Positions 40,183 through 54,728 of a stretch of 64,000 nucleotides of DNA are shown in pieces. Position 1 is the stretch's first letter. Every line of letters starts with the position of its first letter. Made by a program: the position numbers and the translations under genes. The stretch is taken from the NCBI GenBank assembly GCA_951406725.2, contig OX597815.1:18166001-18230000 (forward strand), given 5' to 3'. The notes beneath the pieces are model-generated. The model saw nothing but the letters and a program-made list of their open reading frames with translations. It was not told where the DNA came from and did no database searches. This DNA comes from Octopus vulgaris (Eukaryota).

Positions 40183-42549
40183 ATATTGTTGTTTAGGTCC
40201 AGGTTAATCTCAACTGAACAAACCTGTGGTCAGGAACATTCTAACTCTGACATCATATTTTTCCAGTTATCTATAAGTGGATGATATAGTCACATGTTAG
40301 AGATACAGTGACTTAAACCACTGATGCTGTCTCTCAGACATCACTGGTTTAGTTTCCCTCACAAAGGCACAGGTCGCTATATAAAGTCTTTCAAATATCA
40401 CGGTGTCAATGTCTCATATGTCGCTGCTTCATTCTTTTAGAAATCATTAACTTATGATTGTAAGATAAAAATGTATACAACTCTGCTGTAAGAGGCAAAA
40501 CATTATAGAATCGATGTGGTTGTAACCTCGCCACACCTTGGTAAACTTCTAAGTAGTTCTGTAGATCTGAAAAAGAGATGTTCATCCATTGACAGATACC
40601 TCTGTGCATTGATACTGTACTCAAACAATAGGTCAGAACTACAATAAAATACACTTCAAATATGACCATCTCGACTTTTAGGGATATGTAGGATTTCATT
40701 AGCTAAAATGTACTTACCATTCTTAAAGACTGGAGGTTGTGTTTTAATGGAGAGTTCACTGTAATTTCTATTCGGTGGAACGACCACAGGGAACCTTCCT
40801 TAGTTTAAGGTCTATTTGTTATAAACACGATTGCTTATGTACAGGTGTGTATTATTTTCATTTGGGGACAAAGGATGTTAAAATGAAGAGAAATATATAA
40901 AATGTGTTTTTATGTATTTCATTGAATATACTTGACATTATTTCGGCAAACGTACAATATGTGAAACAAATGATTGAATGTCACTTACGAAATATAAAGT
41001 ATTTTTTCCAATAGTCAGCGCAAAAAATAATGCCTTTATGTAGAACGTATTCAATATGAGTGAAAAGTAAATTATAATCATACAATTTAGGAATGTCTAT
41101 ACACTTTTAACAAAATCAAGTATATTTCTACTAACATGCACAAAACCTGAATGTAAATATAGATACGTCTGATTAATTTGGATAAAAAAGTTACTTGAAA
41201 CATAAAACAGGAACATGTATTGTCTCTTTTCAACAATAAATTTATATAATGCTACGTTCTCATTTATTTAGATAAATGATAAAATATAATATAACCAGAG
41301 TTCTATTCACTACTATGGAAAAAATCAATGTTTCCCTTCCAACCACTCAGATCTTTGTAAGCTAGGTTAGAGGAAGTGTACGAATTTATTAAGCATTCAG
41401 ATAGAATTTTTATCAAAATAACATGGACACTAATATTGTATTCGTTCGATTTCATTCTGATTGGTAAATAAGCATCAGCTGAAAATTGGCAATAGAATGA
41501 ATGCTGCAGAACTCTGTGACTAAAGCATTTCTGTGAACCATTCATAGACAAAAGTACAAAAATGCATTTTTGAAAAAATATATATTTGAGTAGAGATAGC
41601 AGAGGCTAAAAATATAAATAAACAGATAAATTCTTTAGATTTGGGAAAAAGCAATATAACGGCAGTAGGTCGGCAAAAACATTGATCCTTGATAGGCTTG
41701 CCTCTTTGAAACATTTGATTTTATCATCAATTTTGTGGCAGCGAATAATCAATACAGAATTTCTTATAACCGTCTAATATAACGACAGGAAAAGGAAAAA
41801 ATAATAAAACAAAAAAGGAAGAAAAAAAACAACAACATAATTTTATCTCTTTTATTTGCCCAAGTAAAAGAAACCAATAGCACTGCGTGGTGTTTCATTA
41901 TATTTGTAACCCAGCAACAAGCTGTGTTGAAATAAAGATTCTTGAAATCGAAGCAAATTATAGAAACTAATATAATGATAAAAAGCAAACGCCGTAAAAA
42001 AAAAAAAGCCTAAGCTAAATAAATCTTTGACGTATGCTAGTTTTCGGACTAATGAGGTTAATTGTGTCTATAAAATAGCTAACTACTTATTAGCATGTAA
42101 TGAATTGGTTCAGCAATCTGGTTAGGAATGCATGATGACTCCACTGGTAGACTATTCGTTTCATCTCAAATCTTATCAAGAATTGCACGAAGAAATTTAA
42201 TATTCTGAGAAATATCGAAGATCTACTTTTCCTTATAAGTGTTTTAAAATTAAGATAAATATTATTGAGAAAGTGAAATCATCCTTCTGAAGTTGTACCA
42301 TAATGTATTTTCAAGTTGTGTAATGGAATGTAATTATCAGCACCGCCAACAAAATGTGATTGACATGTGTAAGTTATTAATGTGCAGAAATAAATCATTT
42401 CCTGTAGAGATTTGTTAAAACTTATCATACAAGACGGCTTTCTGTGTTTGTGGTGTATGGTAAAACAGTAATTGCAAAATGTTTAAGCCAGAAATCAGTG
42501 ACTGATTTCAAGCTTAAAGTAGCGTAATCTAAGTTGACAAGGACCGTAG

Positions 42550-43130
42550 TGATTTCAGATTTTATCCCAAGGCCAGGAATTTCGGAGGTGGGGGTAAGTC
42601 GATTACATCGACCCCAATGCTCCACTGCTACTTATCTTATCGACCCCCAAAGTGATGAAAGGCAAAGTCGACCTCGGCGGAATTTGAACTCACAACGTAA
42701 CGGTAGACGAAATACTTATTTCTTTACTACCCACAAGGGGCTAAACACAGAGAAGACAAACAAGGACAGACAAAGGGATTAAGTCGATTATATCGACCCC
42801 AGTGCGTAACTGGTATTTATTTAATCGACCCCGAAAGGATGAAAGGCAAAGTCGACCTCGGCGGAATTTGAACTCAGAACGTAGCGGCAGACGAAATCCA
42901 GCTTAGCATTTCGCCCGGCAAGCTAACGTTTCTGCCAACTGGCCGCCTTTTTTTAAACCCGAGGGGACTAGCCAATTACATCGACTCCAGTGCTCAACTG
43001 GTACTTATTTCAATGAGCTCGAAAGGCAAAGACGACCCTGGCAGAATTTGAACTCAGAACGTAAAGACGGACGAAATACTTCTAAGCATTTTGCCGGCGT
43101 GCTAAAGAGTTTGTCAGCTTGCCGTCTTTG
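42550..43130 (-). mobile_element. Family A SINE dimer plus adjacent older copy
   Basis: Three reverse Meta-like/box B units. Confidence 0.88.
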
Positions 43131-45344
43131 TTACACAAATATTAAAAATGAATATTTTTAATGAAAATATTTCATCAATGTATTCTTAATGAAGAATTAA
43201 GTAAACAATTTTACAATGACATGCAATTAATGTGAGATTATTTATATCAAATGGCTTCAGAATCAGTTATGTAAAATTTTGTTTTGCTCTTTATATGTTC
43301 AAAGTAGGCTCTGTAATCCTGACACGGAAGCAGTAGCAAACATTGTCAGACAAGTTCGATAGTAGATTTCACATTCTTTTAATTTTACGGTTCATTTGCC
43401 GCCTGATGATAAAGAAATGACTGTCACACAATTTCTCTCTACTGCAATATACACACAGACTTCAGGACTACAAAACTCGACCGCCCAACTAATTGTCACT
43501 TGGTCATTCATTAACAGACCAAACATCTGTCTTATAAATATGATCTTCTCACTCAAGTCTTTTTTTCCTTTCTGTATAATGAGCTCTGATCCTCGAATTT
43601 AGTTAGTTGCATTTGCCTTCAACACCAATCTCCATGCCTCAGGATCTCAAGTTTATGAAGTCAAAATATTATTAAAGTAACTTTTGTGCTTCATAGTAGT
43701 AAGAAAAATCGGTAAGACAGTGGGTCATATAGCGTACTTCACTTTATTTCATATAGTAAATAAGTCTTCTGCCCACAATATGCATGGATTTGTGAATTAT
43801 CTGCAAAATTAAAATATCCGTCTCTGTTTAGAAACAGAAAATATGTAAAATATGTTGTCTATTAAAATCTGTAGAAGAAAAGAGAATTTATAATCATAAA
43901 AAAAAGAAACAAAAAAAGCCACCAACAGGAACCAAAACGTACATCTTTCGCTTAGGGATGCTGAACTACCGATCACCGTACCTAGTTCCTTTTTTCTTAG
44001 AAACTATAATTTGGCTATTATAAAATCGGTAACGTCTGTCGCTCGATAAATTAGCATGAATGATTTTCCTTTATGTCTCGAATTAATGATTCTAATGTAC
44101 ATCATCAATTAATTTGTAACATTTATGTTCTGCGTTATTTAGATTGAGGTTAGTCTGTTTACATATACGAGAAATTAGGAATTTGTGTACTGAACATAAT
44201 ATTGAAAATTAGTTTTTGATGATTACTTTCTATGTTTACAAGATAAACAATGGCGTTTAAGTGATTTATTCAATAAGTTCTTTCCTCCATTTTCAGAATT
44301 TGTAGTATACTGAAATTACAAATATATGATGTAGGTATTACAAAAGTTTTGTATTGGAAAGAAATCTATTAATTTAAAGTCTTCATTATTTTTGAAGAAA
44401 TAACTTGGAACACTTCAATAAAAGGAATACCCAATATACAAACGGCGCGACATAATATACATTTCCATATGACCACTGATTTGTAGCCAAAGAAACTCTG
44501 CATTATAGCTTCATTGATATTCCCTCTTACACGTTTCACCACAAACAGAAGTCAAGATTATGTAAATGAATTATACTAATTATTGCTTATTCAGCCTGTA
44601 CCAGAAAGCAAAAAGATTCCTCTATGGATGATCACGCTGTCCCATTGTGCAACGCAGCTTCTATAAATGTAGACCATAAGTCACCTCACAACAATTTATG
44701 TATTTCAGTTTATATATGCTGGGAGAATTCTCCTTATCTTATAATGAAATTTTACGACACAATATTCTTTCTCCTACGTTTGTAATACATGGTTTTAATT
44801 TTTTTTTTTCACCATTAGAAATTATCACAGAACCTTCAAAATAAATAAAACTACGGTTACAAAGAAATCCTGCAAATAAATATTTCTTCGAAGCTTTCGC
44901 TTCTAAGCATACTCTGATTGCTTGTTTCGATTGTACATCGTGATGAACATTGAAAACCTACGAAAAAGGTTTCAAAAGTATGTAAAATCTCTTAATAAAG
45001 GTAATATGGAAATGTATTTGTATTGGATTTTCTAATATTTTATTTTATTTTTAATAAAATATATTTTAGTAATAATTATTTTATTCATCATTAAAACAAG
45101 AAGTATACACAATGTAAAGTGATAAACACACTGGATTATGCAATGCGGGAATAAATGTTCTGCATTCTTTATAAATAAGCAAAAGCAACGGAAATAATGC
45201 GTTGGTCTACGGAAATAATTATTTAACTTGGCATATTTCAGGTTACAAGAAACATCTCTTCTTATCAATTTATCAAACCAACGCGGTAGCGTCAGTATAA
45301 TCTCACTACCTGCTAGAAATAGCAACCAAATCTCCGTCATATAT

Positions 45345-45432
45345 ATCTTGTTTCTCTCCTTGTTTCTTTCTGTGTTCCTTTTCGTGGAAGAGCGTAGGAT
45401 CGAAACATAAAATAATTTTTCAATTCCTGAGT
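45345..45432 (+). mobile_element. Degenerate family H1 fragment
   Basis: TTTCTCTCCTTGTTTC...GAAGAGCGTAGGATCGAAACATAAAA...TTCCTGAG matches the reverse complement of 36071-36258. Confidence 0.65.
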
Positions 45433-45531
45433 TTTGTATTTAAATTGATATTTATCTCTCACTGGATGGAGTACAATCTATTTTTGATCCTACCACTATT
45501 GAACCTTTATATATATATATATATATATATA

Positions 45532-45676
45532 CACCGGAGTAAACACATAAATATGAAACAAGGTGGAAAAAAGAGTACTCAAATACCAGTGGTAGAGTAA
45601 TATGCTTTATTTAAAGCAGAGGAAAATTCAACAAAACCTGTTACTCTGAGTTTCCCGTTGCCGTTCGTCGGACAGT
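45532..45676 (-). mobile_element. Short element in (TA)n with variant type I hammerhead (family H2)
   Basis: Minus strand CTGT-CCGACGA-ACGGCAACGG-GAAA-CTCAGAG-TA-ACAG at 45638-45675; TA tracts on both sides. Confidence 0.7.
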
Positions 45677-45722
<46 letters not shown>

Positions 45723-45776
45723 TGTATGTATGTATGTATGTATGTATGTATGTATATATGTATATATATGTATATT

Positions 45777-45823
<47 letters not shown>

Positions 45824-46222
45824 GTGATCACTTCTTGCTTAAATTAGCTTTCAAGATTGTGTTTAGGAGTGTGATTGCATTTGCAGGTATGCATTTATTT
45901 GTACACGTATGAATGTATACTTATATGTGCGTATAGGGTGTATATGTGAGCGAATAATCGTGAATATAAGAGTGCTGCTTCTACTTACGTGTATTTCTTT
46001 CAGCATATCTATGTGTGTATGTACGCGCCGCACACGTCTGTGTGACGAAGCGTAGGACATATATTCACTTTAATAGGGGAGAAATATGTCTGTACAATTA
46101 AAAGTTCGTTCTAAGATGTTTTGTTGATATTTCTTTGATCTGAAGAACTTTCGTCACAGGCGTTATAGTCGAACAGCAACTTAAACTCATATATATATAT
46201 ATATATACATACACACACACAG

Positions 46223-46271
<49 letters not shown>

Positions 46272-47127
46272 CATAATACAAATAAGAAAATGGAGGAACA
46301 GATTCATATCAATCATCGACTTACAGATATTATACATATATATATATATACATACATATATATGTACACGCACACACACACACACATATATATACATATT
46401 ATTATCTCACCTTTCAACAGTTTATCATCATTACGTATTATTTTATTTTTCTCCTCAATAACGCTATATCATGCTAGCATGGAAAGCGGACGCTAAACGA
46501 TGATGATGATGATGATGATAAAATTTTAGGTAGGGACGTTTTATCTAAAAGTGATATCGTATTGTCGTTCCATTTTAGTGTACTGGGTCAAGAAACTATG
46601 AACTCACGTTACTTCATCTGTTGGGGTCAGTTTCCTTTATGTTACTCTCCAATTGCCTTGTGTTTCTGAAACTTTAGGTGTCTATGAAATTCATATTCTA
46701 CGTTACCATTTGCTAATCTTTGACCCTGTTTTGCATAAATTCTTCTGGTTATGAATTTGTGTGCTTCTGAAAGCGTACATCAAAACTTTCCGTCAGGCCA
46801 TTTAACTATGCCATGTTTTCATGGCGCTGACTTGGGCGCCTCTTTTAAGCTATCTCTTTTCTACATCTTCCGCATTCCTTAAGAGGACATACCACAAATC
46901 CCCCTTCCCCCTCCTTCTGCATTAGTATCTAATCTATTTGAAACACTCATGTGATTGCTACATGTTTTACTCTAGCTCTAATCTCTAAATCTTCTTGATT
47001 ATCAGCACCAGAGAATCTGTCAAGTCTCGTCAGTTGTAGACCTATGAATTTCAAATAAGAGAAATAATTGAATACAGGTCATCTATTTTGGGACAGTGCT
47101 GTTGCTACACACTCAAATATTGTAAAA

Positions 47128-47910
47128 ATGAGAATATTGGAATCAGTTTATGACTGAATAAGTACGAAAAACTGCCGCACAGTTTGTACTCTCACATCAC
47201 TAAGCAAATACTCCAAAACACACAAATGACTCAGGATGACGGACTCGCTGTCTACTCTACTCTTTTGAACTCGAAGTTTTGTCAGTGATCAGGTCGCGGT
47301 CTCAAAGCGACGAAAATATTTTGACAAATTAAATTTAAATGTTGAAGTGAATCTAACGGTTTTTGTGTGTTTCTTAAATGGCTTATAAACACCTTCCACG
47401 CTGCAATTGTTTCCGTTCCAGCACATGATCTCAGATCAAGTCACTCGCTATGCAAGTACATCTCTGTTTATATACCTTTCCCAACGAATTTTGTTTATTC
47501 TCCATTTACAGCTTATTCCACTATTTCCTCCCGTGGTTTTTTTCCCTTTATCGACGACCTTATCTGTCGTTCTGGAGATCATGAACCCACACACTGTCAA
47601 ACTAACGTGGCTCTACACATTAGTGACCTATAAATGATTGATCTACAAATTTTCAAACTCAATATCAACTACATCGATCTCAAAAGTCTAGAAAAACCTG
47701 AAAAATCATGGTCTCTTTCCCTTCATCGGAGTAACAGCTAAAAAAATTAATACCTAAATTATTTTTAAAATATACATGACATAATTCTCATAAATGTTCC
47801 TGATTCAACAGCTTCTATAAAAGCCCAATCCTGCTTAGTGATGTGGGAGTACAAACTGTGCGACAGTTTCTCGTATTTATTCAGTCATAAACTGGTTTCA
47901 ATATTTTCAT
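47128..47910. mobile_element. MITE-like element with ~79-bp inverted arms
   Basis: 47128-47206 is the reverse complement of 47832-47910 with a few mismatches; non-coding interior; no TSD seen. Confidence 0.7.
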
Positions 47911-47912
47911 AC

Positions 47913-48026
47913 CAAAAGATACTCCGTTACGTTGACCGGTCTGAACAAGGAGAGATAATAGACGAATGATTCTTTTTCTATTATCTCCTCTTGTTCAGAT
48001 CGGCCGATGTAACGGAGCATCTTTTG
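47913..48026. repeat. ~114-bp hairpin-forming inverted repeat
   Basis: ~50-bp arms, 7 differences, short loop. Confidence 0.85.
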
Positions 48027-49195
48027 TAGAAGCTATCGCAGTGTCCATGAGTTATTTCATCGAACGTTTCAGATATCAATTGGTGGGCTCTACTGGACGA
48101 GTTAGAAAAGATAGAGATGTATTCCCTTACGGCTGATGTAGTTTAACTCTCTTTTTTTTCAAGGCTTGAGCACCAGTTGAAAAATTCAAATTTGATTGCA
48201 AAGAATTCAAATTTGATGGCAAGAACACATGCAACAGTTTATTCAAGACTATACCGAACTCATCCAACTTTAGAATCGTAAGTAGTAATATTATAACTAG
48301 GAACATATAATTAGGGATATTTATGGAAGATTCAGCTGAATGCAGTTAGAATTCGCTTAAGCACAATCTCTTTCAAAACAGTCCTTTTTCTAGGTGGTAT
48401 TCTTATTCACACAACAGTGACAGCTGAAAAAGTATAACAGGGATAAATGTGGCATTTATCCAGGCTAAATATTCTTAAGTGAAAAACTGCTTATTGAGAA
48501 GACACTCACTTGTAATGAGCGTTTTGCGTTTCATTGCTTTGAACAAATTTTGTAAATTTGACCTTATAACACTGAAGTAAAATATAATTTATGATCAACG
48601 ACGTATACAACATTTTATTTTATTAGTTGATAGATATTATGCGTGCACATGCAAACATACAACTATACACACACTAATAGGCACAGATACTTATACACTC
48701 TCATATATATATACTTACAAGCGTGTATTCACTATATACAAATATGTCAGATATGCATATATCTATATCAATAAATATACATATACAAAACAATGCATAT
48801 GCATGTGTTGTGTGTGTGTGTATACATATATACATACATATGTGGGCGCACAAACATACAGACACTCGTATTTATATGTACGAGAAGGAAACATAAAATT
48901 CCAAAATTACGCCTGATATGAGTTTTTGAACTTCCTTCATATAAAAGGGAGGACACGCCGGTCATTATGGATAATGTTGTCCTAAATACACTATATCAGA
49001 GCAAAAAAATATTCCACGCTAGTTTACTACTGATAATAGATTCCCCTGACAGCATGATATATTAAATTACAGGCAACTTCGAAATCACTGTCAACTTTTA
49101 AAATATAGTTAGTTAACTCTACTTCATCCATATTGAGTTCTTTATTCAGCTTTATATTTAAGATATACATAAAAACTATACATGAATTTCTCTTT

Positions 49196-49230
<35 letters not shown>

Positions 49231-51719
49231 TACACACATGTACATACGCAAATATGTACATACATGCATGCATACACACATATGTTTATATGTATGTAAT
49301 GTATGTATGCATGTATGTATGAACTTAAAATCAATCAATGAGATCTGAATTTTCTTTCAACACCAGCATTAGTAAATGATATTTTGGGCAATCTGCCCAA
49401 AAGCCAATCAGTCAAATATGGTTATAAAATTAATCTTTCCTTCACTTCACAGAGCTAAACCGCCCATTTCAAGATAAATATAGTCTTGTTTAAATAATTA
49501 TACGTCAAGACACACACAAGCTCTCTTGGATTGCGTACAGAAGAAATTGAATTGTTAAGCCATGCGATTAATACCTAAAGTGAATAAATCACTGCATGCT
49601 GATCTCTGTCTGTGTATGTGTGCATACATGTTGCTGTAGTTCATTTTAGGTCAGCAGCTCCAAATGTTCCTCAGCCTAAGATAATGTAGAATTTAAACTG
49701 ACCAGTAGTACATTAGTATCGTTAATGAAAGCTAAATCAGAAGAAGATTTTTGAGACGGTTAAGATTTTTTCTTTTCTCTTTTCGCCTTTTTTTTTTCCC
49801 CCCTCTTTTCTGGAATAGATTTAAATTTGATCATGTTACAATTTAGTGTTCTTGTAAGTTCGTAAAAGTGTTTTAATATTTTATCACTTACAACTGTTTG
49901 TTTATTTTCAGCTTATAATATCTTAATTATCATCGATGAACATTTTCAATCTTTTTCTCATGAATAACCAAATTATGCAATACAATCTGTCTTGACCTTG
50001 TTAAAAAAACAACAAAAACAAAACACCAAATAAACAGATACAAAACTGAAAATATTAAATACAGTAGGAGAGAGAATACTGTTGAATGCGTTACGTTCAG
50101 TAACTCATTGTCATGGTATATTCTCCATGAAAATATAATAACTTTTGATAGTTCTTTTGTATAATAAATAAATGCACACAATCAGTTGTCTTTTCACGGC
50201 AATCTACTATTTACCAATGACTACGAAATAAGTATGACTTGATATTAGCTTTTGTAACGTAATTTTTCAACTAAAGATAACGGATTTCTTCGACTGTAAC
50301 ATTTATGAACCTCATGCGTCAATAATTTGATATCCGTAGGTCTGATTCACTTTGGTTCAGTTTTCGAATGGCATCAACAATTGAATTAAAATGCTGAATT
50401 ATGATGTTGAGCATCTTCGCTTATCTACAGGAAATATTAATTTTAATGGTTTAAATTATTGTCTCCAAGCTGGTGAAGTTGCTGCTGTACTAAATAGTAT
50501 AGAAAAATGTGATTTTGACAATTATTCTACGACTTTTAACCACGACATGCAAGAGCGTAATTAATCGAACTTGTTCAGTTGATGCTAATTTGAAAACTTC
50601 ACATATGCTTGTAACCATATATTCATACGTGCCTTATCTTAGCCTATGAATTAGCTTTAAAAAAAATCTATAGACAAAGAAAATGCCCTATGGAAAACGG
50701 TGCTACTATTGTTTTAAAATTTGAATATATTGAAAATATTATTAAAAGATTATAGATGAAAATAATTAAATTATATTGATATTTTCTGAATATTATTGTT
50801 CACTGAAATGATAAGGGAAGAAAATACAATGCGTAAATTAAATCTAATTCTGATTAAGATTTCTACTTGATATCTCATATATTTCATCCTTAATCCGTTT
50901 GCATTAATTTCTGTTGTTTACCATTGAAAAACGAATTTAATCCCTTAATTTTCTTCATTCTTCGATTTAATCTTGTCTTTACAATTCATCATAGCTATTC
51001 AAAGTTTTTTTTACAAGTGACCTAGTTCATCACGGAATCTACAATGTACAACGCTGTCCCAACAACGTGATGGTTGTGGGGACAGCGTCGACAGATGTTA
51101 TTCGTCGTCATGTTGCTTGGTGAAGAAGTTCACGCACTGAAATATTGAGCATAGCCGAATGGTACGTTTAAACACTTTGAGTATTTAGGTTGTAAACCCA
51201 TCAAAAACAGGGTTCAGAAAACTATGGTGTGTTTTCCCTGTTTATCACTGAATAGCCATAAAACGCGGTGTAAGTAAATAAAATTCAGTATTACAAGGTA
51301 GGGCAAAAGTGTTATTTCTGCAGTGGTTTCAAATGAAGCAGTGTTTAATATTAATAAAAATTAAAATATGAAAAAATGAGATTCCTCCATTTGTCAAATT
51401 GAAAGTTTCCCCGGGTGCAATATTTTATGTAGTAAATGTTTTCACTTTCCCAAATGAATGCCACTACAAAGCCTGACAGCGTAATTCATGCTATCACATG
51501 AAAGAAGAAAAAGAAATATTCAATTGTTCGATGACGAAAATAGGTAAGACGCCCTTAACAACATTTAACTCGAAACCCCAAACGAAATCACTCATCTTAT
51601 CTAAACTCTTCCCTGCATGCCGTGTCACACATGACACATCATTTTGTTTCTAGTGTTAAGTACTATCAAATGTGTAGCGATTTCTTCATTGCAACGCATG
51701 ATTTTTAAAAAAAATAATG

Positions 51720-51920
51720 TCTTCAGGTTTTGGTGGAAGAACAGTAATTTTAGATGGAGTGGGTAAGTCGGTTACATTGACCCCAGTTCTGAAGCTGCAC
51801 TTATTATCAACTCCGAAAGGAGGGGCAGCAAAATCGACCTCGGTGGAATTTGAACTCAGAATGAAAAGAACTAGAAGAAAGCATTTTGGCCGACGCGCTA
51901 ATGACTCAGCCAGCTCGCCA
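51720..51920 (-). mobile_element. Diverged family A SINE
   Basis: TCGACCTCGGTGGAATTTGAACTCAGAA and head remnant. Confidence 0.8.
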
Positions 51921-53282
51921 CACACACAACCATACGCAGACACACTGACAGACAAACAGACACACCCAAACACCTACACAAACTGTTTATCTTTTCGTAT
52001 GATCATAGGTACATTTCTTCTATTTGCTTTGGCACGCAAGGTATAACATCTCTAATCCGGCTCGTCTCGGGAAACGTTTTCCGACTTCCACATTAAGGCA
52101 TTCTGAAGATGACGACCCAGGTTCGTTTCTCGCAGCAATTTCAGATTATGAGTTTCCAGAAAATAATTTCCATCTACATTGTTGGTGCCCATTTAGCTTA
52201 ACAACATCTTTGTTCATCAGAGCATATATAATTTTTTTTTTTTGCATATTATTTCCCAAGAATTCAGTTCCTTTATAGAATAAGAAATGAAATGCGATTT
52301 TAAAACGCTATCATAGTTTTCTTGTAATTTTAGCCATTAGTAAGAACTTTTCATATATGAAAATGTTCATAATGCATCGGATTTAATGTCATTGAATTAC
52401 ATTATAATGGGCGTCTGAACAAAGTCAAACACATACCTGCCAATAATTATTATTCTAAAAGAATACTTTACTGTTCCAACGAAAACCAACTTGCGTTATC
52501 CAATATTCAGGCCGTAATCCGATATTTTCAACATTCTAAAAATAATAGCTGATACCTTAATCCGATCCGTCTTGGATTTTCTTCAGCAGAAATATCCTAT
52601 TATTTATATCGCTCTATTGTTGACACCAGCTTGCATCATGGTCTAATTTCTAGGAAATATTATTGAAATAATTCGTAGATATTACCAAAGCTAAAACTAT
52701 TTCTGTCTTTCAACTGTTTGCTTCACCATTCTTTTTTCTTCTTCAATGTCTGCATAGCTTAGTCTCTTAATGTGCGTGTTTATGTTGACGAGTGAGAGAG
52801 AGAGAGAGAGAGAGCTATTTCGCTAGTGCTGTAAATAGCACAAGAGATGCTAATCATGCTAGTTTATATGAGAAATGTCACACGGTATTTTCAGTTGACG
52901 AACAAATTGTCCGTTATTGTCAGCAGACGTTTAGGATGTAATCGATATTACAAGAATGTCTGCCTCTGTTTCTGATGAAATATAGCATGCATGAACATAA
53001 CACATTTTCTGGCTCACAGAAGAAAATGATCATTGGCTTTACCAATCGACTAAATTTGAACCTAGTATTCCACCTCCGTTCCCAGCTACACAGTCTTAGG
53101 TAACATCTATTTTCTGAAGTGACTCTCTCTCTATAAATATACACTCACATACATATTATATATATTATTATTATATATTATTTATTTATTATTTAATATT
53201 ATTTGTATATATTATACATAATATATTAAAACATATATTATTCATTATACATGTCTGAATATTATATGAATATATATATATA

Positions 53283-54572
53283 TCAGGTTATCCCATAAGT
53301 TCTGTCCGATCTTATCTGTTTTAAAACTGAATGAAATTACATAGTATTTTAGAATGTCTAATGGAATTAAAAATTATTTTTATGCATTTGTGTACATTTA
53401 AACTAATTAAATATTATTCTGTAGAATAATATAATTAAAATTTCTTTGATTAAAACCCTTTCTAACATGGAAGTATCTAAAGAGCATTTGAGGCATATAA
53501 TGCTTTATGAGTACGAAAAAAGGAAACTCTACAGCCGAAGCGACTCGAAACATACGCTCAGTTTATGGGAAAGAATGCTTGAATGAAAGAACTTGCAGAA
53601 GATGGTTTGCAAAATTCAGAAGTGGAGAAGTGGAGCCTTGAAAATGAAGGTCGAACAGGACGTCCAGTTGAGTTTGATGATAAGCTCCTTGAGGCATTGA
53701 AGAAAGTCCTGCATTATCAGTTGAAGAATTGGCAATAAAGTTTAGTTCAAACCATACAACTCTTTATCGTCATCTTCAACAACTTGGAAAGGTTCCTAAA
53801 CTTGGAAAATGGGTGCCTCATGAATTGTCCGAAAGTAACCACAAATCTCGAGTTGACATCTGCTCTTCTTTCCATTCTCGCAAACTCAATTCACCCTTTT
53901 TGGAAAGACTTTGTAACTGGTGACGTAAAATGGATCTTCTATCTTAATGTTAAACATCTTAAACAGTGGCTTGGTAAAAGGGAAAAAAAGCTCAACCACA
54001 ACCGAGAAGGGAACTTCATGGGAAAAAGGTACTTCTCTCTATCTGGTGGCACTGCAAAGGAGTAATTCACTTTGAAATGTTACCACCTAATGCAACAATC
54101 AATGTTCAAGTCTACTGTTAGCCATTAGAGCATTTCAACAAATATTTGAAGAAAAAAAGATCCGCTTTAGAGAATAAAAAAGGAGTGATGTTTCATCAGG
54201 ACAATGTGCGCCCCCACACTGCAAAGATCTCATCACAGAAGATCGAAGAGCTTGGTTGGGAAAAAATTCCTCATCCACCTTATTCACCCGAACTTGCTCA
54301 TTCAGACTACCATTTGTTTCGTAGTTTACAGAATCATTTGGGAGACATAAATTTCGCAAGCCAGGAGGAGGTCGAAACTGACATTTCAGAGTTATTCGCT
54401 TTGAAACCAAAATAGTTTTACATTGATGGGATTAAAAAGCTTGTAAATAGATGGAAGGAAGTCATAGATAATTAGGTAAAGTACATTGATGATTAAATTT
54501 CAATTAAATATAACATTTGATCACTTGCTTTTTTTAATTCAAAATTCTGACAGAATTTATGGGATGACCTGA
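53283..54572 (+). mobile_element. Full-length mariner (DD34D) transposon, 1290 bp
   Basis: TIRs TCAGGTTATCCCATAAGTTCTGTC / GACAGAATTTATGGGATGACCTGA, flanked by TA. Confidence 0.95.
53467..54496 (+). pseudogene. Mariner transposase pseudogene
   Basis: MEVSKEHLRHIMLYEY..., WVPHEL, VTGDVKW, FHQDNVRPH, HPPYSPELAHSDYHLF; several frameshifts and stops. Confidence 0.95.
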
Positions 54573-54685
54573 TATATATATATATATATATATAATATTA
54601 ATTAGAGACAAAACCACTACTTTGTAAAACAAACAAGGAAAGACTTAATCAATACATAAAATTTTAATAAAAAGTAAAAAAATCG

Positions 54686-54728
54686 CCACTACAATTGTTT
54701 CATGTCCTCAATGACAATCTTCAGGTGG
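54686..54728 (-). ncRNA. Minimal type I hammerhead ribozyme motif
   Basis: Reverse complement of 55702-55744. Confidence 0.75.

Noticed and set aside
40718-40760. Minus-strand exon with GTAAGT donor
   Set aside because: Lies within a copy of the old dispersed repeat
43400-43430. Hammerhead at CTGATGATAAAGAAATGAC
   Set aside because: No stem II and no valid UH cleavage site
51051-51088. Short hairpin ACGCTGTCCC...GGGACAGCGT
   Set aside because: Too short for a pre-miRNA and no Helitron-type CTRR end follows
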